A stretch of 64,000 nt of DNA from Longimicrobiales bacterium (GTDB taxonomy: Bacteria; Gemmatimonadota; Gemmatimonadetes; Longimicrobiales; Gaopeijiaceae). The translations under genes and the position numbers were made by a program. Within the stretch, counting starts at the first letter, position 1. The number at the start of each line of letters is the position of its first letter. Positions 29,541 through 38,428 of the stretch are shown one piece after another. The notes under the pieces were generated by a model. It did not search any database, had not been told where the DNA came from, and was given only the letters and a program-made list of their open reading frames with translations. The stretch is from the NCBI GenBank assembly GCA_965203485.1, contig OZ241892.1, forward strand, positions 2,880,001 to 2,944,000, written 5' to 3'.

Positions 29541-30848
29541 CTACAGCGTAGGCATGAAGCCCTTCATTTGCTTCATCATGGCTTGAGTCTCGCCGAAGCG
29601 CTTGACCAGCTGGTTCACCTCCGCCACGGGCCGGCCGCTGCCCCGGGCGATCCGCCGCCGCCGCGACCCGTCGAGAAGCTCGGGCCTCCGGCGCTCCTCG
29701 GGCGTCATCGAAAGGATGATGGCTTCGACGTGCTTCATCTTGCGCGGATCGATCTGGTCGGCGGACAGGTTGCGGGGTACGCCGGGCACCAGCTTCAACA
29801 GCTGATGCAGGGGTCCCATCTTCTGCACTTGGCGCATGGCGGCCAGGAAGTCCTCTAAGGTAAAGCGGCCGCGGCCGACCACGCGCCGCTGAAAGGCTTC
29901 GGCCTCGCTCTCGTCCACGACGTTCTGCGCGCGCTCGACCAATCCGACGATGTCGCCCTTCTGCAGAATGCGGTCGGCGACCCGGCGAGGCTCCACGGCC
30001 TCCAGCGCGTCCACCCCTTCGCCCGTCCCCACGAACTTGAGCGGCTTGCCCGTCACTGTGCGAATGGACAGCGCGGCCCCCCCGCGGGCGTCTCCGTCCA
30101 TCTTCGTGAGCACAAAGCCCGTCAGTCCCAGGACGCGGTCGAACCCCTCGGCGACGTTCACCGCCTCCTGGCCCGTCATGGCGTCGGCAACCAGCAGGAT
30201 CTCCGCCGGCGAGAGCAGCGCCTTCAGCCGGGCCAGCTCGTCCATGAGCGGCTCGTCGATCTGAAGCCGCCCCGCCGTGTCGACGACGAGAACAGCCTTC
30301 TTCTCGCGCCGCGCCCTCCTGTGCGCCTCCTCGGCCACCGCCAGCGGATCGGTCGCGCCCTCGGCCGCGTGGACCGGCACGCCCGCCTTCCTGCCCAGCA
30401 CGGCAAGCTGCTCGACGGCCGCCGGACGGCGCAGGTCGCAAGCCGCCAGCAACGGCGGCCGCCCCCGACGCACCCACCGCTTCCCGAGCTTCGCCGCGGT
30501 CGCCGTCTTCCCAGAACCCTGAAGACCCACGAGCATCACCACGGTCGGCGGCGCCGAGGACCACTTGACCGCGGTCTCCCCTTCGCTCCCCACCAGCGCC
30601 GCCAGCTCGTCGCGCACGATCTTGACGAGCTGCTGCCCAGGCGACACCGACTTGACCACCTTCTCGCCCAGCGCCTTTTCGCGGACGCGCTCCAGGAATT
30701 CGCGCACCACCTTGAAGTTGACGTCGGCCTCCAGCAAGACCCGGCGCATGTCGCGGAGCCCTTCGCGCAACATCGGCTCGGTCAGGACGCCGCGCTGGCG
30801 AAAGCGGCCAATGGCCTTGTCGAGCTTCTGGCCGAGATCGTCGAACAA
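29541..30848 (-). CDS. ffh: Signal recognition particle protein Ffh
   Basis: LLEADVNF, GLQGSGKT, DTAGR, TKMDGDARGG and M domain; likely TTG start (LFDDL) after GGAG, alternative ATG at 30890. Confidence 0.96.
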   Translation of the reverse strand: MFDDLGQKLDKAIGRFRQRGVLTEPMLREGLRDMRRVLLEADVNFKVVREFLERVREKALGEKVVKSVSPGQQLVKIVRDELAALVGSEGETAVKWSSAPPTVVMLVGLQGSGKTATAAKLGKRWVRRGRPPLLAACDLRRPAAVEQLAVLGRKAGVPVHAAEGATDPLAVAEEAHRRARREKKAVLVVDTAGRLQIDEPLMDELARLKALLSPAEILLVADAMTGQEAVNVAEGFDRVLGLTGFVLTKMDGDARGGAALSIRTVTGKPLKFVGTGEGVDALEAVEPRRVADRILQKGDIVGLVERAQNVVDESEAEAFQRRVVGRGRFTLEDFLAAMRQVQKMGPLHQLLKLVPGVPRNLSADQIDPRKMKHVEAIILSMTPEERRRPELLDGSRRRRIARGSGRPVAEVNQLVKRFGETQAMMKQMKGFMPTL

Positions 30849-31215
30849 ACGGGGCTCCGGTCGATGGACGGGGCGGGACGGGCGTGCCATTGCTGCCCAG
30901 AGACTTGAAGAGTACCAAGATAATGCGACGGATTCTCGGGCAAGGCGCCGTTCCGGAGGCGGATCCGCGACGGATCCGGCGGCTTTCCGTCCCCGCCGGC
31001 AGCCGACGCCGTGACTAGGTTTGACGAATCGCCCTACGGGGGCTATCGCGTCTATGCCATGTCGCTCGATTTCGCGGTGGGACGCCGGCGCGGATGCACA
31101 TTCTCGGGCAACAATGCCCAACAGGACCGCGCATCGGCGCTGATGAAGAAAGCGCTTTCCTTCAGTGGCGGCGCGTGCATCGAACTCGTTATGGGACGTC
31201 GCGGCATCGGCTCAG

Positions 31216-32538
31216 CTAACGCTGTCCGCTCGGGCCGGCTGGGAACGGCCGTCCCCGGACAACTTGGTTGCGCCGCGTCCCCACGGACACCATGGCGATG
31301 GGCACGCCCGCCAGCTCCTCGATCCGGTCCAGGTAGGCGCGGGCGTTGGCCGGGAGGTCGGCCATGGAGCGCACGTCCGTCGTGGGCGTCGTCCAGCCGG
31401 GCAGCGTCTCGTAGACGGGCTCGGCCTGTTCGAGTTCGCGGACGGTGGCGGGGAACGGATGCTCCGCATCGCCGGCCAGCCGGTAGGCGGTGGCGATCTT
31501 GAGTTCGGGCAACGTGTCCAGCACGTCCAGCTTCGTGACGGCGATTCCGGTCAAGCCGTTGACGCGCGCCGCATGGGCGGCCAGCACCGCGTCGAACCAT
31601 CCGCAACGGCGGGGCCGGCCTGTCGTGGCCCCGAACTCCGCGCCCAGCTTCCGCATGACGGCGTCCATGCGCTCGTCGAAGCTGGTGGGCAACGGGCCGT
31701 TTCCGACCCGCGTCGTGTACGCCTTGACCACGCCGATCACCGAGTCGATCGCGGTCGGGCCGATCCCGGCGCCGACCGATGCCGCGCCCGCCGTGGTATT
31801 GGACGATGTCACGTAGGGATACGTGCCGTGGTCCACGTCCAGCGCGGTGCCCTGCGCGCCCTCCAGCAACACGCGCTTTCCGTTGGCGCGGGCCTCCGAT
31901 ATCTCCAGCCCGGCGTCCGTGGCGACGTCCGGCAGGCGCCTCGCGGGCATCAACGCCTCGGCCAGCGTCCCGGCCGACGCAGGGTCCGCTCCCAGCCGCT
32001 CCAGCCGCTCGCGCGCCCGTCGGAGGCTGCGCGCAACCGTCTCCTCGGCTAGGGCAGGATCCAGCAAGTCGCCGACCCGCACGCCCCGCCGCCCGGTCTT
32101 GTCTTCGTAGGCGGGGCCGATGCCGCGCCCGGTGGTCCCGATCTTCCGCTTCGCGCGGGTCTCGATCGCCGCGTCCAGCGCGCGGTGATGCGCGAAGACC
32201 ACGTGCGCCCGGGTGCTGACGCCGATCCTGCCCCGCACCTCGACGCCGCGTTCCGCCAACTGGTCGCACTCGCTGAAGAACCGGGCCAGGTCCACCACGA
32301 CGCCGTTGCCCAGCAAGCAGCGCTTGCCCGCGTGGAGGATGCCCGACGGCACTTGGTGCAACACGAACTCGTGGTCGCCGACGTGCACCGTGTGCCCCGC
32401 GTTGGCCCCGCCTTGGTAGCGCGCGATCACGTCCGCGTCCTCGGCGAACACGTCCACGACCTTTCCCTTGCCCTCGTCGCCCCACTGGCACCCCACGACG
32501 ACGGTGCAGGCGCCAACCGCGGAAGAAGCTTCGCTCAA
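31216..32538 (-). CDS. purA: Adenylosuccinate synthetase
   Basis: QWGDEGKGK, GGANAGHT, GTTGRGIGPAYEDK, GTYPYVTSS and GATTGRPRRCGW. Confidence 0.97.
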   Translation of the reverse strand: MSEASSAVGACTVVVGCQWGDEGKGKVVDVFAEDADVIARYQGGANAGHTVHVGDHEFVLHQVPSGILHAGKRCLLGNGVVVDLARFFSECDQLAERGVEVRGRIGVSTRAHVVFAHHRALDAAIETRAKRKIGTTGRGIGPAYEDKTGRRGVRVGDLLDPALAEETVARSLRRARERLERLGADPASAGTLAEALMPARRLPDVATDAGLEISEARANGKRVLLEGAQGTALDVDHGTYPYVTSSNTTAGAASVGAGIGPTAIDSVIGVVKAYTTRVGNGPLPTSFDERMDAVMRKLGAEFGATTGRPRRCGWFDAVLAAHAARVNGLTGIAVTKLDVLDTLPELKIATAYRLAGDAEHPFPATVRELEQAEPVYETLPGWTTPTTDVRSMADLPANARAYLDRIEELAGVPIAMVSVGTRRNQVVRGRPFPAGPSGQR

Positions 32539-32638
32539 AGGACGGCAGACCGCCTTGGCGCCCGCCCGGGACGGGGAACCGCCCGGGGAGCAGTGAGCCG
32601 CCGGCGCCTGGGACGGCCTACGTCGACCCGTCTTCCGC

Positions 32639-33550
32639 TCACGAACGGGCCGGCGGCGCCAGTCCCGCAGCGGCCAGCAGCGCGGCCAGGTCGCCCGCGC
32701 GCTTTTCGGGAAGGGGCCGAAGCGGCAGGCGCGGCGCGCCCCCCCGGCAACCCAGCATGTCGAGCGCGCGCTTCACGCCCGGCACCCCCATCCCGCCGAC
32801 GATCCCGTCGTGCAGCGGAGCCACGATTTCCTGCGCCGCGCCTGCGCCCTTCGCGTCGCCCGCCCGGAACCGCTCGTAGATGCGGACGCATTCCCGCGGC
32901 GCCACATTGGCCACGCCCAGGATTCCGCCCGCGGCGCCCACTTCCAAGGCGGCGTACAGCAGGCTGCCGCTGCCCACGATCACCTGAAAGGCGGGCGCCG
33001 TGCTCGTCACCAGCTCGCCCACCAGCTCCAGCTTGCCGCGCGAGTCCTTGATGCCCACGACGTTCTCGTGCTTCGACAGCTCCGCCACCAGCCCGGACGG
33101 GAAGTCGAGCGTGCTGAGCCGCGTGGGCACCTGGTAGACGACGACCGGCGCCCTCGACGCGTCCGCTACGGCTTCGTAGTGGTCGCGCAGGACTTCGGGC
33201 GTCATCGCGCCCTTGTAGAACGCAGGCGGCTGGACGAGGACCGCGTCGCATCCCAGGTCGGCCGCCTTTTTCGACAGGCGCAGCGTGGCGCGCAGCGATT
33301 CGGCGCCCGTGCCGCCGACCAGCAGCTTGGCTGGGGCAGTCCGCCGGCAGACGTCCCACGCGGCGCAACGTTCGTCTTCGTCCAGGAGCACGGCTTCGCC
33401 CGTGGAACCACCGATCACGAAGCCTCGCACGCCCGTCTCCGCCCACTTGCCGACGTTTTCGCTGAGCGCGCCCAAGTCGACGTCGCCCGTCGTCGAGTCG
33501 AACGGCGTGGCCGCAGGAACCAAGACCCCGCCCAGGTCCACGGCGCTCAC
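32639..33550 (-). CDS. DapA-family class I aldolase (4-hydroxy-2-oxoglutarate aldolase-like)
   Basis: TPF, GSTGE, YQVP and GIKDS (Schiff-base Lys); substrate cannot be assigned. Confidence 0.85.
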   Translation of the reverse strand: MSAVDLGGVLVPAATPFDSTTGDVDLGALSENVGKWAETGVRGFVIGGSTGEAVLLDEDERCAAWDVCRRTAPAKLLVGGTGAESLRATLRLSKKAADLGCDAVLVQPPAFYKGAMTPEVLRDHYEAVADASRAPVVVYQVPTRLSTLDFPSGLVAELSKHENVVGIKDSRGKLELVGELVTSTAPAFQVIVGSGSLLYAALEVGAAGGILGVANVAPRECVRIYERFRAGDAKGAGAAQEIVAPLHDGIVGGMGVPGVKRALDMLGCRGGAPRLPLRPLPEKRAGDLAALLAAAGLAPPARS

Positions 33551-33614
33551 GACGCCAGTCTTCCGGGCGGCGATCCCCGTCCGGGATCCCGGCCGCAACC
33601 GCTGCCCGCGCCGT

Positions 33615-34820
33615 CTACGACCCGGCTCCGGAGGGCGGCGGCGCGATTCCGGAGGGCGGCGTCGTGCACAGCCCCGTCTTCTCCCTCACGAGCGCGAGGG
33701 TCTCGGCGGCCATGACCCGCGCGCGTCCGGCCATCTCCGCGATCAGTTCGTCCAGGCCGGCGCCGCGGCGGAGCACGTCGGCCCGGCGGTCGCGCATCTC
33801 GGCGGCAAGCGCGACGAGCGCGTCGGCGGCAAGCGCCTTGAGGTCGGAGTAGCGAAGCGAGCCCGCGGACCAGTCCTCGCGCATCTGCTTGGCGTCCTCC
33901 TCTCTGCCCGCCGCCTCCAGCATCACGAGCAGGTTCTGGACGCCGGGGCTGGGCGGCTGTCCGGCGGCGGGCGGCGCGCCCGAGTCGGTGACCGCGGAGC
34001 GAATCTTGGCGCGAATGGAGTTCTCTTCCTCGAAAAGGCCGACGTAGTGCCGGGGCCCCAGGCTCTTGCTCATCTTGCGGGCCGGATCTGCGGGAGACAG
34101 CAGCTTGGGCACCGGGGTATGCAGCGTCTCCGGCTCCGGAAAGACGTGGCCGAAGCGGGAATTGAAGCGGCGCGCAAGTCCCCGGCTGAGCTCGAGGTGC
34201 TGCGACTGGTCCTGGCCGACGGGAACCAGCGCCGCGCGGTAGGCGAGGATGTCGGCCGCCTGCAGCACCGGGTAGAAGAGCAGACCCGACGAAACGAAGC
34301 CGCCGTCCTCGCGCCCGGGTTGGGCGGTGCGGCGCGGCGCGGCGGCATCGGAGACCCGCACGCCGTCGCCGTCCAGCGCGCCCGACTTCTCGCCGTCCAG
34401 CGCGCCCGACTTCTCCTTGAACTGGGTCATGCGGCCCAGGTCGCCCAGCGACGCCAGCGTCGCCAGCACCCAGCACAGTTCGGTGTGCTCGGGGACGCTG
34501 GACTGGACAAACACGGTGGCCTTGTCCGGATCTATGCCCGCGGCGAGAAGAGCGACGAACATTTCGCGCGACGAGCGGCGCAGCTCGGCGGGATCGTAGC
34601 GCGTCGTCATGGCGTGCAGGTCCACCACGCAGTAGACGGCGTCGTGCTCGTCCTGGAGGCGCACCCAGTTCTTCACTGCGCCGAAGTAGTTGCCGATCGT
34701 CATGACGGCGGTCGGCTGAATGCCGGAAAAGACCCGCTTGCGGCGGGGCGGATCGGCGTCCGCGGTCGGCTCGCGCCGGGGCGGCGTCCCGCTGCATGCG
34801 GGCTTGGGCTGTGCGTCCAT
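33615..34820 (-). CDS. trpS: Tryptophan--tRNA ligase
   Basis: FSGIQPT..TIGNY, VDLHA, RMTQFKEK, YPVLQAADIL, VPVGQDQ and KMSKS. Confidence 0.95.
   Translation of the reverse strand: MDAQPKPACSGTPPRREPTADADPPRRKRVFSGIQPTAVMTIGNYFGAVKNWVRLQDEHDAVYCVVDLHAMTTRYDPAELRRSSREMFVALLAAGIDPDKATVFVQSSVPEHTELCWVLATLASLGDLGRMTQFKEKSGALDGEKSGALDGDGVRVSDAAAPRRTAQPGREDGGFVSSGLLFYPVLQAADILAYRAALVPVGQDQSQHLELSRGLARRFNSRFGHVFPEPETLHTPVPKLLSPADPARKMSKSLGPRHYVGLFEEENSIRAKIRSAVTDSGAPPAAGQPPSPGVQNLLVMLEAAGREEDAKQMREDWSAGSLRYSDLKALAADALVALAAEMRDRRADVLRRGAGLDELIAEMAGRARVMAAETLALVREKTGLCTTPPSGIAPPPSGAGS
34366..34415. repeat. Perfect 24-bp tandem duplication inside trpS (EKSGALDG x2)
   Basis: TCGCCGTCCAGCGCGCCCGACTTC occurs at 34366 and 34390. 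Confidence 0.9.
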
Positions 34821-34835
34821 GATCCCTCGGATGCC

Positions 34836-37673
34836 CTATCCGCCCTGCTCCAGCAACGCGTTGAAGAGAAACTTGAACGTGCCGTGCGTCTGCGCCCGGT
34901 GTTGCGCGCGGAAGCCGATCATCACGATTTCGCCCTCGCCGTGACGCACGGCCACCATGGCCGCCTTGTCGGCGATCGCTTCTTCGCCGAGCAACCAGCC
35001 GCTCTGCAGAATGTCGCGGCTCCGGTAGACGGCGACCCGGCGGACGCCCGCGCTGCGAGGTCCGGGGATCGTCTCGTAGACTTGCCCGCCCGCCAAGTAG
35101 GCCACGAGCGCGTCCGCTGGCATTCCGTAGGCCAGCGGGTCCGACGCGTCCACCTTCACCTTCAGGGTCGAGCCCGGGGCCCAGAACTCGGCGCCCCACA
35201 TGCCCTGGACGGCATCGCGCACGGGCACGTCGAACTCGTCGAGCACGAGCCGACCCGCCTGGGCGAAGGTGACGAGGGTGCCGCCTCCGCGCACGAAGGC
35301 GTCGAGCGCTTCGACGCCCGCGCGGCCAAAGCCGCTCCGGTACTCGGGAGGCGTGCTTGCCGGGTCGGGTCCTCGTCCGCCGGCCGGCCTCCCCTCGGGA
35401 CCGAGCATCATCTGCTTGGAGTCGGCCGGCAGGATGACGACGTCGAAGTCGTCGCCGAGTTCGTCGCCCACGATGTCGTCGTCGAGCAGGCTGGCGTAGG
35501 GGAAGGCGAAGTCCTCCAGGAGCCAGCGCGTCCAGCCTTCGTCCATGTTGCCGCCGTAGTAGCGCTTGTACATGCCGATGCGGCGGCGGCGCACCGGCCG
35601 GCCGGCGTCTTCCGCGTTCCCCGCAAACGCCGCGAAGTCCACGCCGGCAGTCTCCGCAATGTCGCGAAGCGTGCTCTCGGGAGCACGTGCGTCCACGATG
35701 AAGTCGCCCGTCCGGATTCCGCCGGCTTGCGGACGCGCGCCGCCGTCGTCCGATCCGCCTGCGCGCGGCCCAACTCCGCCGCCGGACGGGCTCGCGGACG
35801 GGGCGTCCAAGGCCGCGGTCGGACCGTCGGCGCCGCCCGGAGCCGCCCCGGCGCGCCGCACGCCCACGCCGGCGTCCAGGAGCAGGTTGACGGCCTTGAA
35901 GGCGTCGTTCTGGCGTCCATCCAGCACAAAGCCGCCCAATGCGTTCGCGCTGGCGTACCCTGCACCGCCCCCAGCGCCCGGCTCGCCCGCCGGACTGCTT
36001 GCGACCACTCCGGCGCGGGCCTGCGCCTCGCTCACCATCCGCAACCCGGCGGCGGACGCGTCCACAGGCCGGCGCGCCGCGTCCACCCGCACGCCCATGA
36101 ACTCCGCGATCACGTCCGCCGACATGTCGTACGGACGTATGGGATCGCCCCCGGCCGTGCGCGTGTAGCTGTTGTCCGGGTAGTTTGTCCGGCCCAGCAG
36201 CCAACGGACGACGCCGCGCTTGGGCTGCGCCATGGACACGACGTAGCTGCCCTCGTCGTAGGTTCGCCCATCGTGCGCGAAGGGAACGCCGGCCCGTTCC
36301 ACCTGGATGCCTTGCAGCAACAGCTTGTCCACCATCTTGCGCATGGTCCGCGGGTCGTGCTGTTCGGCAGGAATCACATAGGCTTTGACGTCGCCCTGCT
36401 CGCCGCGCCGGACTTGGCGGCTGGCCTTGTTGTAGGCGTTGCGCAGAACGGTTTCGCGGTTTTGGGCGGCGATCTCGAGAGGAGAGAACGTCGCCGCGAT
36501 CTGCCGGTCGACGATGTCGCGGACCCGCCACCAGCCGCCGGGCCAGGGATTGGGGAACGTGGTCTGCGCCTCGTACTCGGGCAACTGGCGAGAACCGCGC
36601 AGCTGGTCCGGGTGGACGTACAGGGGCGTGGCCAGCCGGGCGCTCGCCGCCTCCGTGAGCATTCCGGCGATGTTGTGGAAGGGCGTGATCCAGTGGAAGC
36701 CGAAGTGGCCCCAGCCCGAGTAGATCGCTGCGTTGACGGTGCCCTGGAAGCCCTCTTCCTCCATGCGGTACGCCATGTGCGCGCCGTACCAAGCCATCTC
36801 GCGCCAGACCAGCGGATCGGCCTCCGGGCGGATCGGCTCCGCGTAGGGAGGCAGATAGATGCGGGCGGTGTAGGCGCCCATCTGATGGTGGTCGATGTAC
36901 GCCTGCGGGACCCATTCCCGAAACAGGATCCGAGCGCCGTAGCGCGACTCGACCGTGTTCTGCATGAAGGCGTCGCGGTTGTTGTCGTGGCCGATGTAGT
37001 GATGGTACAGCTCGGGCGGGGACGCGCCTTCGTACTCGGTGCCGGCCCAGCGGTCGTACCACTCGTTGACGATGCCGACGCCGTCGGGGTTGAACGCCGG
37101 AATCAGGATGGAGACCGTGTTGTCCAGGATCGCGGCGATTTCGGCGTCGTCTCGGGTCGCGAACAGATATGCGATCTCGGCCGCCGACTGGCTGCCCGCG
37201 ACTTCGGTCGAGTGAAGCGCATAGGACTGCACGAAGACGACCTTGCCGTCCTCCACGGCGCGGTCGATCTCGGCCTCGGAACGGCCGCGCGGGTCTTGCA
37301 GGACGGCGTTCAGCCGCTGCAACTCGTCGAGGTTGGCCAGGTTCTCGGGCGAGGACGCGAAGAGGATCAGGAACGGAGCGCCCAGGGTGGACGGTCCCAT
37401 GTGCACGACCTCGACGCGGTCGCTCTCCCTGCCGATCAGCTCGTAGTAGGCGACGAGCCGGTCCCAGCGGGCGAGCTTGCGGTCGGCGCCCATGCGGTGG
37501 CCGAAGAACTCCTCGGGCGACGGAATGGCCTGGCGGGCCTCGGCTTGGAGAGCGTCGGCCTGGACCGCGGCCAAGCCGGCGGGAAGCGCGGCCGAAAGCG
37601 CGGAGACGGCGAAGACGAGCGCCGCGCCGAGGGCCGGGACGGCGTGCCGGGGGCGGATGGACTCGCGGGTCAC
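34836..37673 (-). CDS. Secreted M14-family zinc carboxypeptidase with C-terminal glutamine-amidotransferase-like domain
   Basis: Signal peptide; LHSTE, NPDG, HDNNRD and DHHQMG; C-terminal MDEGWTRW and GFRAQHRAQTHGTFKFLFNAL. Confidence 0.85.
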   Translation of the reverse strand: MTRESIRPRHAVPALGAALVFAVSALSAALPAGLAAVQADALQAEARQAIPSPEEFFGHRMGADRKLARWDRLVAYYELIGRESDRVEVVHMGPSTLGAPFLILFASSPENLANLDELQRLNAVLQDPRGRSEAEIDRAVEDGKVVFVQSYALHSTEVAGSQSAAEIAYLFATRDDAEIAAILDNTVSILIPAFNPDGVGIVNEWYDRWAGTEYEGASPPELYHHYIGHDNNRDAFMQNTVESRYGARILFREWVPQAYIDHHQMGAYTARIYLPPYAEPIRPEADPLVWREMAWYGAHMAYRMEEEGFQGTVNAAIYSGWGHFGFHWITPFHNIAGMLTEAASARLATPLYVHPDQLRGSRQLPEYEAQTTFPNPWPGGWWRVRDIVDRQIAATFSPLEIAAQNRETVLRNAYNKASRQVRRGEQGDVKAYVIPAEQHDPRTMRKMVDKLLLQGIQVERAGVPFAHDGRTYDEGSYVVSMAQPKRGVVRWLLGRTNYPDNSYTRTAGGDPIRPYDMSADVIAEFMGVRVDAARRPVDASAAGLRMVSEAQARAGVVASSPAGEPGAGGGAGYASANALGGFVLDGRQNDAFKAVNLLLDAGVGVRRAGAAPGGADGPTAALDAPSASPSGGGVGPRAGGSDDGGARPQAGGIRTGDFIVDARAPESTLRDIAETAGVDFAAFAGNAEDAGRPVRRRRIGMYKRYYGGNMDEGWTRWLLEDFAFPYASLLDDDIVGDELGDDFDVVILPADSKQMMLGPEGRPAGGRGPDPASTPPEYRSGFGRAGVEALDAFVRGGGTLVTFAQAGRLVLDEFDVPVRDAVQGMWGAEFWAPGSTLKVKVDASDPLAYGMPADALVAYLAGGQVYETIPGPRSAGVRRVAVYRSRDILQSGWLLGEEAIADKAAMVAVRHGEGEIVMIGFRAQHRAQTHGTFKFLFNALLEQGG

Positions 37674-38428
37674 TTCGCGCCTCCCAGGCCGATCACCTTG
37701 AGCAGCTTGGCGACGGGGTCGTAGTAGCGGTCCGCGACGCGTTCCTTGAGGGGGATGATGGCGTTGTCGGTGATGGTGATGTGCTCCGGGCAGACGACGG
37801 TGCAGCACTTGGTGATGTTGCAGTAGCCCACGCCGTCGCGTTCCTTCAAGTCGGCGAGGCGGTCCTCGGCGTCGGCAGGATGCATGTCGAGATAGGCCGC
37901 GTGCACGAAGAAGCGGGGGCCGATGAACTTGCCTTCGAGGTGATAGTGGTGGTCCCGGTCCACGTGGCAGACGTCCTGGCACAGAAAGCATTCGATGCAC
38001 TTGCGGAACTCCTGGGACCGCTCCACGTCGGCTTGGTGCATCGTCCAGGTGCCGTCTTCCCGGTCCGGCGGGCGCGGCTTGAACGGCTTGACGCGCTTCT
38101 TGATCTCGTAGTTCACGCTCACGTCGGTCACCAAGTCCCTCTCCACCGGAAACGCCTGCATCGGCTCCACGGTGACGGGACGGTCGACCGGCAAGGTGTT
38201 CATGCGCGTCATGCACATCAGCTTGGGCTGGCCGTTGACTTCTGCGGAGCACGACCCGCACTTGCCCGCCTTGCAGTTCCAGCGCACGGCCAAGTCGTTG
38301 GCCTGCTCGGCCTGGATCTTGTGCACCACGTCGAGCACGACCATCCCCTCCGAGTATTCCGTCTCGTAGGTCCGAAGGCCGCCGCCCTGCGAGTCGCCCC
38401 GCCAGATCTTGAACGTAGTCTTGAGCAT
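37670..38428 (-). CDS. sdhB: Succinate dehydrogenase/fumarate reductase iron-sulfur subunit
   Basis: CKAGKCGSC, CIECFLCQDVC and CNITKCCTVVCP cluster motifs. Confidence 0.93.
   Translation of the reverse strand: MLKTTFKIWRGDSQGGGLRTYETEYSEGMVVLDVVHKIQAEQANDLAVRWNCKAGKCGSCSAEVNGQPKLMCMTRMNTLPVDRPVTVEPMQAFPVERDLVTDVSVNYEIKKRVKPFKPRPPDREDGTWTMHQADVERSQEFRKCIECFLCQDVCHVDRDHHYHLEGKFIGPRFFVHAAYLDMHPADAEDRLADLKERDGVGYCNITKCCTVVCPEHITITDNAIIPLKERVADRYYDPVAKLLKVIGLGGAK

Noticed and set aside
30890..31215. Possible SRP RNA or riboswitch upstream of ffh
   Set aside because: No recognisable 4.5S RNA helix-8 motif or riboswitch consensus by eye; an Rfam/Infernal scan would be needed
34680..34730. TIGN in place of HIGH in TrpRS
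   Set aside because: TIGN is a known normal variant in bacterial TrpRS
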